64,000 bases of DNA from positions 2,336,001 to 2,400,000 of the forward strand of contig OZ219866.1 of NCBI GenBank assembly GCA_964291675.2, written 5' to 3'. A model generated the notes under the pieces. The model made no database searches. It saw only the letters and a list, made by a program, of their open reading frames with translations, and had not been told where the DNA came from. The stretch comes from Alphaproteobacteria bacterium. Its GTDB lineage: Bacteria > Pseudomonadota > Alphaproteobacteria > MPNO01. Both the position numbers and the translations under genes were made by a program. How positions within the stretch are numbered: position 1 is the stretch's first letter; each line of letters starts with the position of its first letter. Of the stretch, positions 1-12,275 are shown in pieces.

Positions 1-1
1 C

Positions 2-145
2 TACATGGACAGCCAGATGGCGCACACCTACACGACCGTGGGCGAGGACGACGCCGAGATCCTGATGGTGTGGCTCAGCCCCGCCGCGCAAAGCAGCAGC
101 GACAGCACCCGCATGGTGGAATCGCTGCTCAACCGGAGAGCGTGA
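2..145 (+). CDS. 3' end of a probable cupin-domain (XRE-family regulator-like) protein, partial
   Basis: Open frame from the window edge, YMDSQMAHTYTTVGEDDAEILMVW...*, resembles the C-terminal cupin of XRE-cupin regulators. Confidence 0.5.
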   Translation, partial: YMDSQMAHTYTTVGEDDAEILMVWLSPAAQSSSDSTRMVESLLNRRA

Positions 146-433
146 GCGCGGCTCTCTCCGCCGTCGCCCCTACTCCCCACCGTCATTTCGACCGAAGCGC
201 GGAGCGCCTGCATGACGGCGGGGTAGGCGTGCTTCCGGTCTTCGACCTCCCACTTCCGGAAATGATCGCCGCAGACGTTGGCCAATCCCGGCGCCAGGCA
301 CAAGACGGCAACGGCCAGCAGAGCCTTCCGCATGGTTCTTTCCTGTGTCGGTCGCGACGCCGGCTCGTGCCGGGCCGTTGCATGCGACACACAGGATGCG
401 AGACCCCGCCCATTCGCTAGCCCGCATTTCCCG

Positions 434-2416
<1,983 letters not shown>

Positions 2417-2537
2417 CCCCTGTCATGGCCTGCGTCGCGCGCAGGCGTTCGATCCGTCAGGAGCGGGCCAAAAAGTTGGGCGTATCGGCCAAGAGATGTA
2501 TGCTCGCGGTGGTTGCAGAGACCAGAGAACGCTGGAG

Positions 2538-2884
2538 ATGAGCGCCGAGTTGATTGCCATCTTCGCTACTGGTATCGCGCTGGCCGGGCTGATCCTGACG
2601 GTTACCGGGAGGCTGTCCACGCGGCTCACGGCAGTCGAGAAGGAAACTGCCCGGGTCGCGGGCGCGGTCGATATCCTGACCGAATTCCTGATCGACCGCG
2701 AACGCTCAGCCACCGGGGGGATGACCATGACGGAGACGACGTCTGGCAAGGTCGAAATCGTCCACCCCTCCTACCGGCCAAACAAGGAAGACATGCGGGT
2801 CGATGCCGCCTTCGAGGAGGCCGTCGACACGCTCACGCGCCTGTTCGCATTCTCTATTTCGATCGGCCGAGGCGCGGCAAATAG
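2538..2884 (+). pseudogene. Two small degraded ORFs: TM + coiled-coil peptide (2538-~2720) and a small protein (2721-2884) with an apparent frameshift
   Basis: MSAELIAIFATGIALAGLIL..RLTAVEKETARVAG; then VEIVHPSYRPNKEDMRVDAAFEEAVDTLTR continuing in another frame as PVRILYFDRPRRGK*. Confidence 0.4.
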
Positions 2885-2997
2885 CCGGGCCGTCGCCGAA
2901 CCCTCGGCACTTTCCCACGTAGTCCTCCCGCGGCTTGCCCCCGTCGGGGCCAGCCATGACGCGGGCGGAAGGAGCGGGAAGGGGCGAAGGACCGCCG

Positions 2998-5328
2998 CTA
3001 ACCCCCGCCCGCGTCGATCAGGTCGCAGAGCTCTTCCGGGCTCACCGGGTAGGACCGGATGACCACGCCGAAGGGTTCCAGCGCGTTCTCGATCGCCGCC
3101 ACGATCGCCGATGTCGCCGGGATCGTGCCGCCCTCGCCGGCGCCCTTGATGCCGAGCGGGTTGAGCGGCGAGGGCGTCTCCTGGTGGGCGATGGCGATCG
3201 GCGGCATCTCGGTGGCGATCGGCAGCAGGTACTCGCCGTAATTGTTGTTCAGCGGCTGCCCGGCCCCGTCGTAGACCAGCCGTTCGAACAGCGCGTTGCC
3301 GATGCCGTGGACCACGCCGCCGACGATCTGCCCGTCCACCATCATCGGGTTGATCATGTTGCCGCAATCATGCGCCACCGAGTAGCGCAGCACGCGCACC
3401 TCGCCGGTGCCGATATCGACCTCGACCTCGGCGATGTTGGAGCCCGACGCGGTCGGCATGCCGTCCGACGTCCTATACGAGGTCGCCTCCAGCCCCGGCG
3501 CGAAGCCCTTGGGCAGCGGCCCCCCCGCCATCGGCGCGAGCTGCCTGGCAAGCTCGCCGTAGGTGACCGTCATCTCCGGCACGCCGGCCACGCCGATCAC
3601 GCCGTCCTCCACCTCCAGGTCCTCGACCGAGGCCTCCAGCCGCTCGGCGGCGAGACCGAGCGCCTTGTCGCGCACGCTGTCGGCCGCGTCGAACACCGCC
3701 GTCGAGGCGTTGACCGCCACCCGGCTGCCGATGGTGCCGACGCCGTGCGGGAAGGCCCCGGTATCGGCGGCCATGACGTAGATGTCGTCGAGCGCCACGT
3801 CGAGCCGGTCGGCGCAGACCTGCGCCAGCATGGTCTCGTGCCCCTGGCCCTGGCTCGCAGCCCCGGTCTGGATCAGCACCTTGCCGTCGGGCTGGACGCG
3901 CACCGTGGCCCCCTCATAGGGCCCGACGCCGGTATCCTCGATGCAGCTGGAGACGCCGATCCCGAGATAGCGGCCCTGTTCCCGCGCCGCCTTCTGGCGG
4001 GCGGCGAAGCCGGCGTATTCGGCGAGCTCGACGACCTTGTCGAGGCAGCCCTCGAAATCGCCGCTGTCGTACTTGATCGGCGAGCCATCGCGGAATTTTT
4101 GGCCGGTATCGTATGGAAACCCGTCCGCCGGCACGTAGTTGCGCCGCCGCACCTCGGCCTGGTCGAGACCGAGCTCGCGGGCGATCCGGGCGATCAGGCG
4201 TTCCATCGCGAAGGCCGCGTTGGGCCGGCCGGCGCCGCGGATCGGCGAGTTCGGCGCGGTGTTGGTGAACACCACGTCCATGGCGACGTCGAGCGCCGGC
4301 ACCGCGTAGGGGCCGGGGAGCGGCGTCAGCGTGGTCATCGGCAGCAGCAGGCCGTAGGGCACATAGGCCCCGTTGTCGTGGACCACGCGCCCGCGGACGC
4401 CGAGCAGCCTGCCGTCGGAGTCCACCGCCGCCTGCAGCGTCCATTCCTGGTCGCGCTGGGTGTTGGTGGTCACGAAATGCTCGCGCCGGTCCTCGATCCA
4501 CTTGACCGGCCGCCCGAGGGCGGAGGCGGCCAGCGGTACCACGATCTCCTCGGCGTAGACGCCCGCCTTGGGGCCGAACCCGCCGCCGACATCGGGCGCA
4601 ACCACCCGCACCCTTCCCTCGTCGCGGCCGAGATAGGCGGCGACATTGCGGCGCACCAGATACGGGCATTGCGTCGCCGAGATTATCGTGAGCCCGTCCT
4701 GATGCGGGCGGTCCTCGGCGATGACGCCGCGGCACTCCATCGCGTGGCAGCCGCCGCGATGCTGCAAGAACCGTTCCTCGAAGACATGCGCGGCATCGGC
4801 GAAGGCGGCGTCGGCCTCACCGAAGGCGACGCGCAGCCGGGCCACGACATTGTCGGGCGAGTCGGCATGCGCCAGCGGCGCGCCGTCCTTCGCCGCCTCG
4901 CGGCAGTCGACCACGGCGGGCAGCTTCTCGTAATCGACCGCCACCAGCCCCGCCGCGTCCTCGGCGATATGGCGCGTCTCGGCGACCGCGACGGCGATCC
5001 CCTGGCCGACATAGCACACCTCATCCCTGGCCAGCGGGTACTGGGTCGTGGGTTGCAGCAGGACCGGCGCCGGGTAGGGCTGGACCATCGGCCGGTCGCG
5101 GTATTCCGGCGGGAAGTCCGCAAGCGTGAACACGGCGTGGACGCCCGGCAGCGCCCGCGCGGCTTCCGCGTCGATCGAGCGGATCCGCGCATGCGCCTCG
5201 GTCGAGCGGACGATCGCCGCCTCCAGCATGCCGGGCAGCTCGATGTCGTCGACATAGCGCCCGTTGCCGGTGACCAGGCGCGCGTCCTCGACCCGGCGCA
5301 CCTCGGCGCCGAAATAGCGAACCCCCAT
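2998..5328 (-). CDS. Xanthine dehydrogenase family molybdopterin-binding subunit (CoxL-like, not true CODH)
   Basis: GGGFGPK, active-site loop PIRGAGRP, GQGHET, GIKGAGEGG. Confidence 0.93.
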   Translation of the reverse strand: MGVRYFGAEVRRVEDARLVTGNGRYVDDIELPGMLEAAIVRSTEAHARIRSIDAEAARALPGVHAVFTLADFPPEYRDRPMVQPYPAPVLLQPTTQYPLARDEVCYVGQGIAVAVAETRHIAEDAAGLVAVDYEKLPAVVDCREAAKDGAPLAHADSPDNVVARLRVAFGEADAAFADAAHVFEERFLQHRGGCHAMECRGVIAEDRPHQDGLTIISATQCPYLVRRNVAAYLGRDEGRVRVVAPDVGGGFGPKAGVYAEEIVVPLAASALGRPVKWIEDRREHFVTTNTQRDQEWTLQAAVDSDGRLLGVRGRVVHDNGAYVPYGLLLPMTTLTPLPGPYAVPALDVAMDVVFTNTAPNSPIRGAGRPNAAFAMERLIARIARELGLDQAEVRRRNYVPADGFPYDTGQKFRDGSPIKYDSGDFEGCLDKVVELAEYAGFAARQKAAREQGRYLGIGVSSCIEDTGVGPYEGATVRVQPDGKVLIQTGAASQGQGHETMLAQVCADRLDVALDDIYVMAADTGAFPHGVGTIGSRVAVNASTAVFDAADSVRDKALGLAAERLEASVEDLEVEDGVIGVAGVPEMTVTYGELARQLAPMAGGPLPKGFAPGLEATSYRTSDGMPTASGSNIAEVEVDIGTGEVRVLRYSVAHDCGNMINPMMVDGQIVGGVVHGIGNALFERLVYDGAGQPLNNNYGEYLLPIATEMPPIAIAHQETPSPLNPLGIKGAGEGGTIPATSAIVAAIENALEPFGVVIRSYPVSPEELCDLIDAGGG

Positions 5329-5331
5329 CGC

Positions 5332-5826
5332 TCAATCCTCCTCCTGGGCCGCGCCGGAAGCGGCGAGCGCGGCGGCGACGATCGGCTGGTAGCCGGTGCA
5401 GCGGCAGATATTGCCCGAGATCGCCTCGCGGACCTCCCGGTCGGTGGGCGCCTTGTTGTCGCGCAGGAAGGCGGTCAGCGAGGTCAGCATGCCGGGCGTG
5501 CAGAACCCGCATTGCAGCGCGTGGTGCTCGCGGAACGCCTCCTGCAACGGCGAGAGCGTGCCGTCGGCCGCCGCCAGCCCCTCGACGGTGGTCACCTCGC
5601 GGCCGCGCGCCTGGACGGCCAGCATCAGGCAGGACCTCACCGCCTGGCCGTCGACCAGGACCGTGCAGGCGCCGCAGACGCCATGCTCGCAGCCGAGATG
5701 GGTGCCGGTCAGCTTGACCTCCCGGCGCAGGAAATCGCCGAGATGGAGCCGGTCCTCGATTTCGGCCTCCACCGGGGCGCCGTTCACGGTGAGCGAGATG
5801 CGGTGGGTGTGTCTTGCGTCTGCCAT
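5332..5826 (-). CDS. (2Fe-2S)-binding subunit, CoxS-like
   Basis: GCEHGVCGACTV, LQCGFCTPG, GNICRCTGY. Confidence 0.95.
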   Translation of the reverse strand: MADARHTHRISLTVNGAPVEAEIEDRLHLGDFLRREVKLTGTHLGCEHGVCGACTVLVDGQAVRSCLMLAVQARGREVTTVEGLAAADGTLSPLQEAFREHHALQCGFCTPGMLTSLTAFLRDNKAPTDREVREAISGNICRCTGYQPIVAAALAASGAAQEED

Positions 5827-5827
5827 G

Positions 5828-6694
5828 TCAGGCGGCCTCCCTGGCCCGCTCGGCGGCGCTCGCCAGCGCGCGCTCCACCAGCACGCCGGTCAGGCGCTGG
5901 CGGTACTTGGCGCTGACATAGGCGTCGCTCATCGCCTCGATCCCGCGCGCCTCGCCGGCCGCCGCCCTGAAGGTCGCGGGGTTTGCCGCTTCGCCCGCGA
6001 GCGCCGCCTCGATTTCGGCGAGGCGGACCGGGTGCGGAGCGACGCCGGCCACGGCAAGCGACGCGCGCCGGATCGTGTCGCCCGCGAGCGAGAGCATCGC
6101 CGCCACGCCGACGATGGCGAAATCGCCGTGCCGTCTCGCGAACTCGACGAAGGCCTGGCCGTCGAGCGCCGCGCTCGCGGGCAGGCGGATGCGGATCAGC
6201 GCCTCGTCCGCGGCGAGGTTCGGCGTCATGTAGGCGAGCGGCCAGTCGGCCATCGCCACCTCGCGTTCGCCGTCCCGCCCGCGCACCGTCAGCACCGCGT
6301 CCGTCGCGGCGGCGACGCAGGGAAGCTCGGCCGACGGATCGAGATGGCACAGGCTGCCGCCCACCGTGCCGCGGTTGCGGGTCTGGAAGTGGCCGACATG
6401 GGCGAGCGCCTCGGCGAGGATCGGAAACCGCCCGGCGGCCGGGCGGGAGCCCAGCAGGTCGCGCTGGCGCGTCATCGCGCCGATTTCGATCCCCTCTGCG
6501 CTATCCGCGACCCCGGCGAGCGCGCCCACTCCGTTGAGGTCGATCAGGTGGTCGGGCATCGCGTAGCGCATGTTGAGCATCGGCATCAGCGACTGGCCGC
6601 CGGCCAGCAGCCTGGCGTTCTCCCTCTCGGCCAGCAGGCCCATCAGCTCGTCGACCGTCGACGGGTCGTGATAGGCGAACGGCGCCGGTTTCAT
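5828..6694 (-). CDS. FAD-binding subunit, CoxM-like
   Basis: MKPAPFAY, LAGGQSL, RNRGTVGGS, RRHGDFA. Confidence 0.93.
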   Translation of the reverse strand: MKPAPFAYHDPSTVDELMGLLAERENARLLAGGQSLMPMLNMRYAMPDHLIDLNGVGALAGVADSAEGIEIGAMTRQRDLLGSRPAAGRFPILAEALAHVGHFQTRNRGTVGGSLCHLDPSAELPCVAAATDAVLTVRGRDGEREVAMADWPLAYMTPNLAADEALIRIRLPASAALDGQAFVEFARRHGDFAIVGVAAMLSLAGDTIRRASLAVAGVAPHPVRLAEIEAALAGEAANPATFRAAAGEARGIEAMSDAYVSAKYRQRLTGVLVERALASAAERAREAA

Positions 6695-6849
6695 GGTCGG
6701 TCTCCCATTCTCGGGCGTTCGGTTTTTTCCAATCTCACGAAATTTTCCAAAAGTGCAATTCCCTTGTTCGGCCCCGGGGATTTGTTTAGCTTGCCGGTCT
6801 GAACGATGTACCCGCTGGGTTGCAACACGGATCAGGGGAGGTCCACCGA

Positions 6850-8289
6850 ATGAGCAGGTTCTCAAGGCGTGATGTCGTCAAGGGCGGTCTGACCGTCGCC
6901 TCGCTTTCCGCGCTGCCGGTCGGCATTCCCGGGCTCGCCTGGGGCGCGACCGAGAACGAGAGGATCGTCGCCGCCGCGAAGGGCGCCGGCGCGGGCGACC
7001 TGAAGGGCATGATCTGGTCGAACTACTACGTCGCCATGACCCCGGCGATGGAGCGGTTCAGGCAGGCGACCGGGATCGGCGTCGGCAGCATCCAGGACAT
7101 CTCGATCTTCGTCATCCCGCAGCGCGCGATGGCCGAGGCGCTGTCGCGCTCGCCGGAGTTCGACTTCTTCCACGTCGATTCCAACATGATCCCCTCGCTC
7201 GCCTCGGCCGGCCTGCTGGAGCCGCTCGACGGCTACATGAAGAAGGCCGATTTCTCCATCGACGCGGTCGGCACCTACGGCAATTTCATGCGCTACAAGG
7301 GCAACACCTACGGCGTGCCCACCGACGGCAACGTGCATGTCCAGTTCACCCGCAAGGATCTGATGGAGAACCCGGACGAGCAGAAGGCGTTCGAGGACAA
7401 GCACGGCAAGAAGCTCGCCTATCCGGTGACCTGGGAGGACGACCAGCAGTTGATGGAGTTCTTCCACCGGCCGGACCAGGATCTGTACGGCTCGGCCAAT
7501 CTGCGCAACCGCGCCAACGGCGTGACCTGGTGGTACATGTATTTCTACTCGGCCGGCGGCTTCCCGTTCGACGACGACATGAACCCGACGCTGGACACCC
7601 CGGCCGGCCGCTACGCGGTCGAGACCTATCTCAACATCAAGAAGGTCTCGCATCCCGAGGCGCCGGGCTGGGGCACGCCGCAGATGATCCCGCGGATCAC
7701 CGGCGGCAAGGCGTTCGCCTGCCAGTACTGGGACGGCATCATCGCGCTCAACGAGAACCCCAAGAAGTCGAAGACCGCCGGCAAGTGGCATTACAGCCTG
7801 TCGCCGGGCTCCAGGTTCTCGGGCAAGCTGATCCACCGCGCGATCTCCTCGCCGCTCGGCGCGATCCTGGTGAACCGCTACTCCAAGAACAAGGAGAAGG
7901 CGGCCTATATGGCGATGTGGTGGGGCTCGCTGAAGAACTCCGAGGAGATCGTCGCCGACCGGGTCAACACCTTCCACGACCCGTGGCATGTCGGCCACAT
8001 GACCTCCGAGGTGGTCAAGACGGCCTACACGCCGGGCGGCCTCGCGGCGATCGAGACCTGCCTCAAGGTGGCCTCGCCGCCGATCTACCTGACCGGCTAT
8101 CTCGAGTTCCAGGACCAGCTCGCCAAGAACCTGTCCGAGGCCTATGTCGGGCAGAAGCCGGCCGACCGGGTGCTGAAGGACACCGAGGAGGCGTGGGGGA
8201 AGATCGTCAAGCGCATCGGCAAGCGCCGGCTCAAGAAGGAGCTCGCGAGCTACAAGGCGGTGTTCCCGAAAGTCGACGTCCCGGCCTGA
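6850..8289 (+). CDS. ABC transporter substrate-binding protein (CUT1/sugar family), Tat signal
   Basis: SRRDVVKGG twin-arginine leader; LLEPLD, YGVP; first gene of an ABC operon. Confidence 0.88.
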   Translation: MSRFSRRDVVKGGLTVASLSALPVGIPGLAWGATENERIVAAAKGAGAGDLKGMIWSNYYVAMTPAMERFRQATGIGVGSIQDISIFVIPQRAMAEALSRSPEFDFFHVDSNMIPSLASAGLLEPLDGYMKKADFSIDAVGTYGNFMRYKGNTYGVPTDGNVHVQFTRKDLMENPDEQKAFEDKHGKKLAYPVTWEDDQQLMEFFHRPDQDLYGSANLRNRANGVTWWYMYFYSAGGFPFDDDMNPTLDTPAGRYAVETYLNIKKVSHPEAPGWGTPQMIPRITGGKAFACQYWDGIIALNENPKKSKTAGKWHYSLSPGSRFSGKLIHRAISSPLGAILVNRYSKNKEKAAYMAMWWGSLKNSEEIVADRVNTFHDPWHVGHMTSEVVKTAYTPGGLAAIETCLKVASPPIYLTGYLEFQDQLAKNLSEAYVGQKPADRVLKDTEEAWGKIVKRIGKRRLKKELASYKAVFPKVDVPA

Positions 8290-8360
8290 CCCGGGTAGGG
8301 TCCCTGAGCAGTTGGAGGCGCGCCGCCGCGCGCCTCCAGGCGCTTTCGGGGCAGGGGTAG

Positions 8361-9347
8361 ATGGCGACCAACGCAGCCGCGGCGGTTCCGGGGGACGGAA
8401 GGGTCGGCCGGCGCGAGATGACCCAGGCGCGCGCGATCCGCCGCTTCAAGTGGTCGGTGCTCGGCGTGTTCCTCGCCTTGATGGTCGGCGTGCTCGGCCC
8501 GGTGCTGTTCCTCCAGCTCTATTTCTCGTTCCACGACTTCTCGATCTATCTCGGCAGCTGGTGGGACGCCGAGTATGCCGGGCTGGAGATCTTCGAGGAG
8601 GTGGTGACCGACCCCCGGCTCGGCATCGCCATCATCCGCTCGCTCCTGTTCGCCGCCGGCTCGACAATCGGCTGCTTCGTCATCGGCTTCGGCCTGGCGC
8701 TCTTGATGTACCGCCCGTTCCGCGGCCAGGCGCTGTTCTACATCGTCTTCATCCTGCCCATGCTCACCGTGCCGATCGTCATCGCCTATACCGGCGAGAT
8801 GCTGCTCTACCAGAAGGGGCCCTTGAACGACGTGCTGAGCTGGCTCTCGGGCCACGACGTCAACGTCATCTGGCTCGCCAACGCGAAGATGGCGCTGACC
8901 ACGGTGATGCTGCTGGAGATCTGGAACTGGGTCCCGTTCTCCTTCATCATCATGATCGCCGGTCTGGCCTCGCTGCCGAGGGAGCCGCAGGAAGCCGCCC
9001 AGGTGCTGGGCGCCTCGAAGTGGCGGATCTTCCTGGAGATCCAGCTCCCCTTGCTGCGCCCGGTGATCATCCTCGCCATCGTGCTCCGCTTCCTCGAGGC
9101 GATGGCGGAATTCCCCAAGGCCTGGTCGCTGTTCCAGGGCGGGCCGGGCTCGGCCACCGAGACCATCCCGATCTACCTCTACATCACGACCTGGCAGTAT
9201 TTCGAGGTCTCCAAGGGGGCCGCGATGTCCTATGTCGTGATGTTGATCATGATCGCGATCGTGCTGGTGGCGATCTTCTTCCTGCGCCGCGAGAAGCGGG
9301 CGCTGGACGAGATGTACGGCGTTCCCGCCGAGGACCGGGCGGGCTGA
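8361..9347 (+). CDS. Carbohydrate ABC transporter permease
   Basis: Multiple TM helices, EAA loop EAAQVLGAS, GGPGSATET. Confidence 0.92.
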   Translation: MATNAAAAVPGDGRVGRREMTQARAIRRFKWSVLGVFLALMVGVLGPVLFLQLYFSFHDFSIYLGSWWDAEYAGLEIFEEVVTDPRLGIAIIRSLLFAAGSTIGCFVIGFGLALLMYRPFRGQALFYIVFILPMLTVPIVIAYTGEMLLYQKGPLNDVLSWLSGHDVNVIWLANAKMALTTVMLLEIWNWVPFSFIIMIAGLASLPREPQEAAQVLGASKWRIFLEIQLPLLRPVIILAIVLRFLEAMAEFPKAWSLFQGGPGSATETIPIYLYITTWQYFEVSKGAAMSYVVMLIMIAIVLVAIFFLRREKRALDEMYGVPAEDRAG

Positions 9348-9350
9348 GCG

Positions 9351-10232
9351 ATGGCGATCGGCCGCGCGCACCGCAGGACCGCCTTCGAGGCCGGGCGCTA
9401 TGCGATCCTCGTGCTCTGGCTGCTGATCGTCGCCTTTCCGATGTTCTGGGTGATCTCGACCTCCTTCAAGCCGGACCACGAGTGGTTCGCCTGGCCGCCG
9501 GTCTACTGGTCGCAGGAGCCGACGCTCAACAACTATCTCAATGTCTGGACCGACTATTCCGAGTACGAGGACACGCAATACATCAAGTCGCTGCAAAAGC
9601 CCTGGATCGCGCTCAGGAACAGCCTGATCATCTCGCTGACGGCGACCTTCCTCGCCGTCGGCTTCGGCGCCATCCTCGCCTACGGGGTCTCGCGCTACCG
9701 CATCCTGTCGGAAGCGCGCATGTTCCAGCTCCTGATGCTGCGCATGGTGCCGCCGATCGTGGTGGTGGCGCCGCTCTCGCTCTACTACTCGACGCTGGGC
9801 CTGCTCGATACCGTGCTCGGGCTCGTCATCGTCTACTTCCTGACCACGCTCCCCTATGCGGTGTGGATGACCAAGAGCTTCATCGACGAGGTCCCGCGCG
9901 AGGTCGAGCAGGCGGCGATGATTCTGGGGGCGAGCCGCTGGCGGACCATCTGGGAGGTGGTGCTGCCGCTGGTCCGCTCCGGGCTGGTGGCGACCTTCCT
10001 GTTCATCCTGATCCTGACCTGGAGCGAGTATCTGCTGGCCCTGATCCTGTCCAAGACCGAGGTGGTGACGCTGCCGGTCGAGCTCAGCAAGTACGAGGGC
10101 TCGACCGAGGGCAGGGTGTACGGACGCCAGGCGGCGCTTGCCGTCGGCGTCACCATCCCGCTGGTCATCATCGGCGTGTTCATCCGCCGGCATCTGGCGC
10201 GCGGGTTCAGCTTCGGCATGGTGAGAAGGTAG
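9351..10232 (+). CDS. Carbohydrate ABC transporter permease
   Basis: TM helices, EQAAMILGAS EAA loop. Confidence 0.92.
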   Translation: MAIGRAHRRTAFEAGRYAILVLWLLIVAFPMFWVISTSFKPDHEWFAWPPVYWSQEPTLNNYLNVWTDYSEYEDTQYIKSLQKPWIALRNSLIISLTATFLAVGFGAILAYGVSRYRILSEARMFQLLMLRMVPPIVVVAPLSLYYSTLGLLDTVLGLVIVYFLTTLPYAVWMTKSFIDEVPREVEQAAMILGASRWRTIWEVVLPLVRSGLVATFLFILILTWSEYLLALILSKTEVVTLPVELSKYEGSTEGRVYGRQAALAVGVTIPLVIIGVFIRRHLARGFSFGMVRR

Positions 10233-10236
10233 CGAC

Positions 10237-11316
10237 GTGGCACGGATCGAGCTCGACAGGCTGCGCAAGGAGTTCGGCCGCTCGGTGGTCGCGGTCAAGG
10301 ATCTCAGCCTGACCATCGAGGACGGCGAGTTCCTGGTCATGGTCGGGCCGTCGGGATGCGGCAAGACCACGACGCTCCGCATGATCGCCGGCTTCGAGGA
10401 CCCGAGCGCCGGAGAGATCCGGATGGACGGCAACCCGGTCAACGACCTCGAGCCGGGCGACCGCAATCTCGGCATGGTGTTCCAGAGCCACGCGCTGTTC
10501 CCGCACAAGACGGTGGCGCAGAACATCGAGTTCGGCCCGAGGATGCAGAAGGTCGATCCCGAGACCCGCCGCCGCCGGGTGCGCGAGGTGGCGGCGATGG
10601 TCCGCATCACCCACCTGCTGGACAAGATGCCCGGCCAGTGCTCGGGCGGCGAATCGCAGCGCGTCGCGCTCGCCCGGACGCTGATCACCGACCCCGGCAC
10701 CTTCCTGCTCGACGAGCCGCTGTCGAGCCTCGACGCCAAGCTCAGGCGCGAGATGCGCGCCGAGGTCGACCGCCTGCACCAGGAGCTCGGCAAGACCTTC
10801 GTCTACGTCACCCACGACCAGGAAGAGGCGATGACGCTGGCCGACCGCATCGTGGTGATGCGCGCCGGCGAGATCGAGCAGGTCGGCACGCCGCTGGAGA
10901 TCTACAGCGACCCGGTCTCGCTCTTCGTCGCCGATTTCTTCGGCAGCCCGTCGATGAACCTGATCCCCGGCCGGATCGAGAACGAAGCGGGCACCGCCGT
11001 CTTCGCCGGCGAGCGCACGACGATCGCGCTGCCCCCCGCCTTCGCCGGGGCCCAGCCCGGCCCCGGCACGCTCGGCATCCGGCCCGAGCATCTCGCCGTC
11101 GGCACCGAGGGCGAGCTGGTCGAGAAGATCCACCTCGTCGAGCCGCTCGGCAAGGACACGCTGCTCTACTTCGACTATGGCGGCGAGCAGGATTTGATCG
11201 CCATCGTCGACGGGGTGTCGACCTGGCGCGCGGGCACCGAGCTCGGCGTCCGCTTCACCCCGGAGCATCTGTTCCTGTTCGACGAGGACGGACGCCGCAT
11301 CGGCCGCGCGCAGTGA
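10237..11316 (+). CDS. ABC transporter ATP-binding protein (MalK-like)
   Basis: GPSGCGKTT, SGGESQR, LLDEP, YVTHDQEEA, TOBE tail. Confidence 0.95.
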   Translation: MARIELDRLRKEFGRSVVAVKDLSLTIEDGEFLVMVGPSGCGKTTTLRMIAGFEDPSAGEIRMDGNPVNDLEPGDRNLGMVFQSHALFPHKTVAQNIEFGPRMQKVDPETRRRRVREVAAMVRITHLLDKMPGQCSGGESQRVALARTLITDPGTFLLDEPLSSLDAKLRREMRAEVDRLHQELGKTFVYVTHDQEEAMTLADRIVVMRAGEIEQVGTPLEIYSDPVSLFVADFFGSPSMNLIPGRIENEAGTAVFAGERTTIALPPAFAGAQPGPGTLGIRPEHLAVGTEGELVEKIHLVEPLGKDTLLYFDYGGEQDLIAIVDGVSTWRAGTELGVRFTPEHLFLFDEDGRRIGRAQ

Positions 11317-11357
11317 GCCGCCCGGCGCGGCAACCGGCCGAGAGTTGCGGCCCGGAA

Positions 11358-11403
11358 GTCCTTCGATACGCCCGGATCAAGTCCGAGCCCCTATCGAAGG
11401 ACG
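11358..11403. repeat. Short hybrid copy of palindromic families A and B
   Basis: GTCCTTCGATA...TATCGAAGGAC arms around CCGGATCAAGTCCG. Confidence 0.7.
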
Positions 11404-11407
11404 CCGC

Positions 11408-12187
11408 TCACCCTGCCGCCGCCATCCAGCCGAGGGTCTCCTCGGTCCGCCGGCTCGGCCAATATTCCGCGGCGGTCCAGCCGTCATAGCCCAGCCGGTC
11501 GAGGGCGGCGAACACCGCCGGGAAGTCGATCGCGCCGGTGCCGGGCTCGTGCCTTCCGGGGTTGTCGGCGAACTGGACGTGGCCGATGCGCCCCGCGATC
11601 TCCGCCAGCCGCTCGATCGGCCGGCCCTCCATGATGTCCATGTGGTAGAGATCGTGCTGCAGCGCGAGATTGCCGTGGCCGGCCAGGTCGATTGCCTCCA
11701 GCGCGTGTGCGCTGGTGGTCAGCAGGAAGCCCGGCCGGTCGAGGGCGTTGACCGCCTCGACGACCACGCCGATCCCGAGCCCGCCCATCGCGTCGGCCGC
11801 GACCCGCAAATTCTCGGCCAGCGTGTCGAAGCAGCGCGCGCGCTCGAAGCCGTGCCGTTCGGGATAGCCGGCGAGCACGTTGACGTTGCCGGGGCGGAGC
11901 GCCGCCGCCACGTCGCGCGCGGTCTCCACGGCCGCGCGGAACTCCGCCTCCCGTCCCGGCGCGGCCGCGAGCCCCGGCCCGCCCGTCAGCATGTCGCCCA
12001 CCGGCAGGTTGAGGACCGAGACCGCGAGCCCCGCCGCCTCGATCGCCCGCCGCCAGTCCTCTGCCGGCCGGTCGTAGGGGAACTGGATTTCTATCGCCCC
12101 GAACCCGGCGGCGGCGGCCGCCGCCGGCCGGTCCAGCCAGTCGCGCTCGGCGAACAGCATCGAGATATTGGCGGCAAACCGCGGCAT
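11408..12187 (-). CDS. hyi: Hydroxypyruvate isomerase family protein
   Basis: MPRFAANISMLF, AGFGAIEIQFPY, HVQFADNPGRHEPGTG. Confidence 0.88.
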   Translation of the reverse strand: MPRFAANISMLFAERDWLDRPAAAAAAGFGAIEIQFPYDRPAEDWRRAIEAAGLAVSVLNLPVGDMLTGGPGLAAAPGREAEFRAAVETARDVAAALRPGNVNVLAGYPERHGFERARCFDTLAENLRVAADAMGGLGIGVVVEAVNALDRPGFLLTTSAHALEAIDLAGHGNLALQHDLYHMDIMEGRPIERLAEIAGRIGHVQFADNPGRHEPGTGAIDFPAVFAALDRLGYDGWTAAEYWPSRRTEETLGWMAAAG

Positions 12188-12275
12188 GGCGGAGCGACTC
12201 TGCCACAGAAACGGTTTCGGTTTCGCCGCCGCGCGCGGTACCAATCGACGCGTCGAAACCGCCCGGATTCTTGCC

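Noticed and set aside
28-333. Minus-strand ORF with RBS and signal-like start (MRKALLAVAVLCLAPGLA)
   Set aside because: No recognisable domain and it overlaps the convergent gene by over 100 bp; possibly a remnant but not supportable
2998-6694. Aerobic CO dehydrogenase
   Set aside because: Lacks the AYxCSFR motif and cox accessory genes
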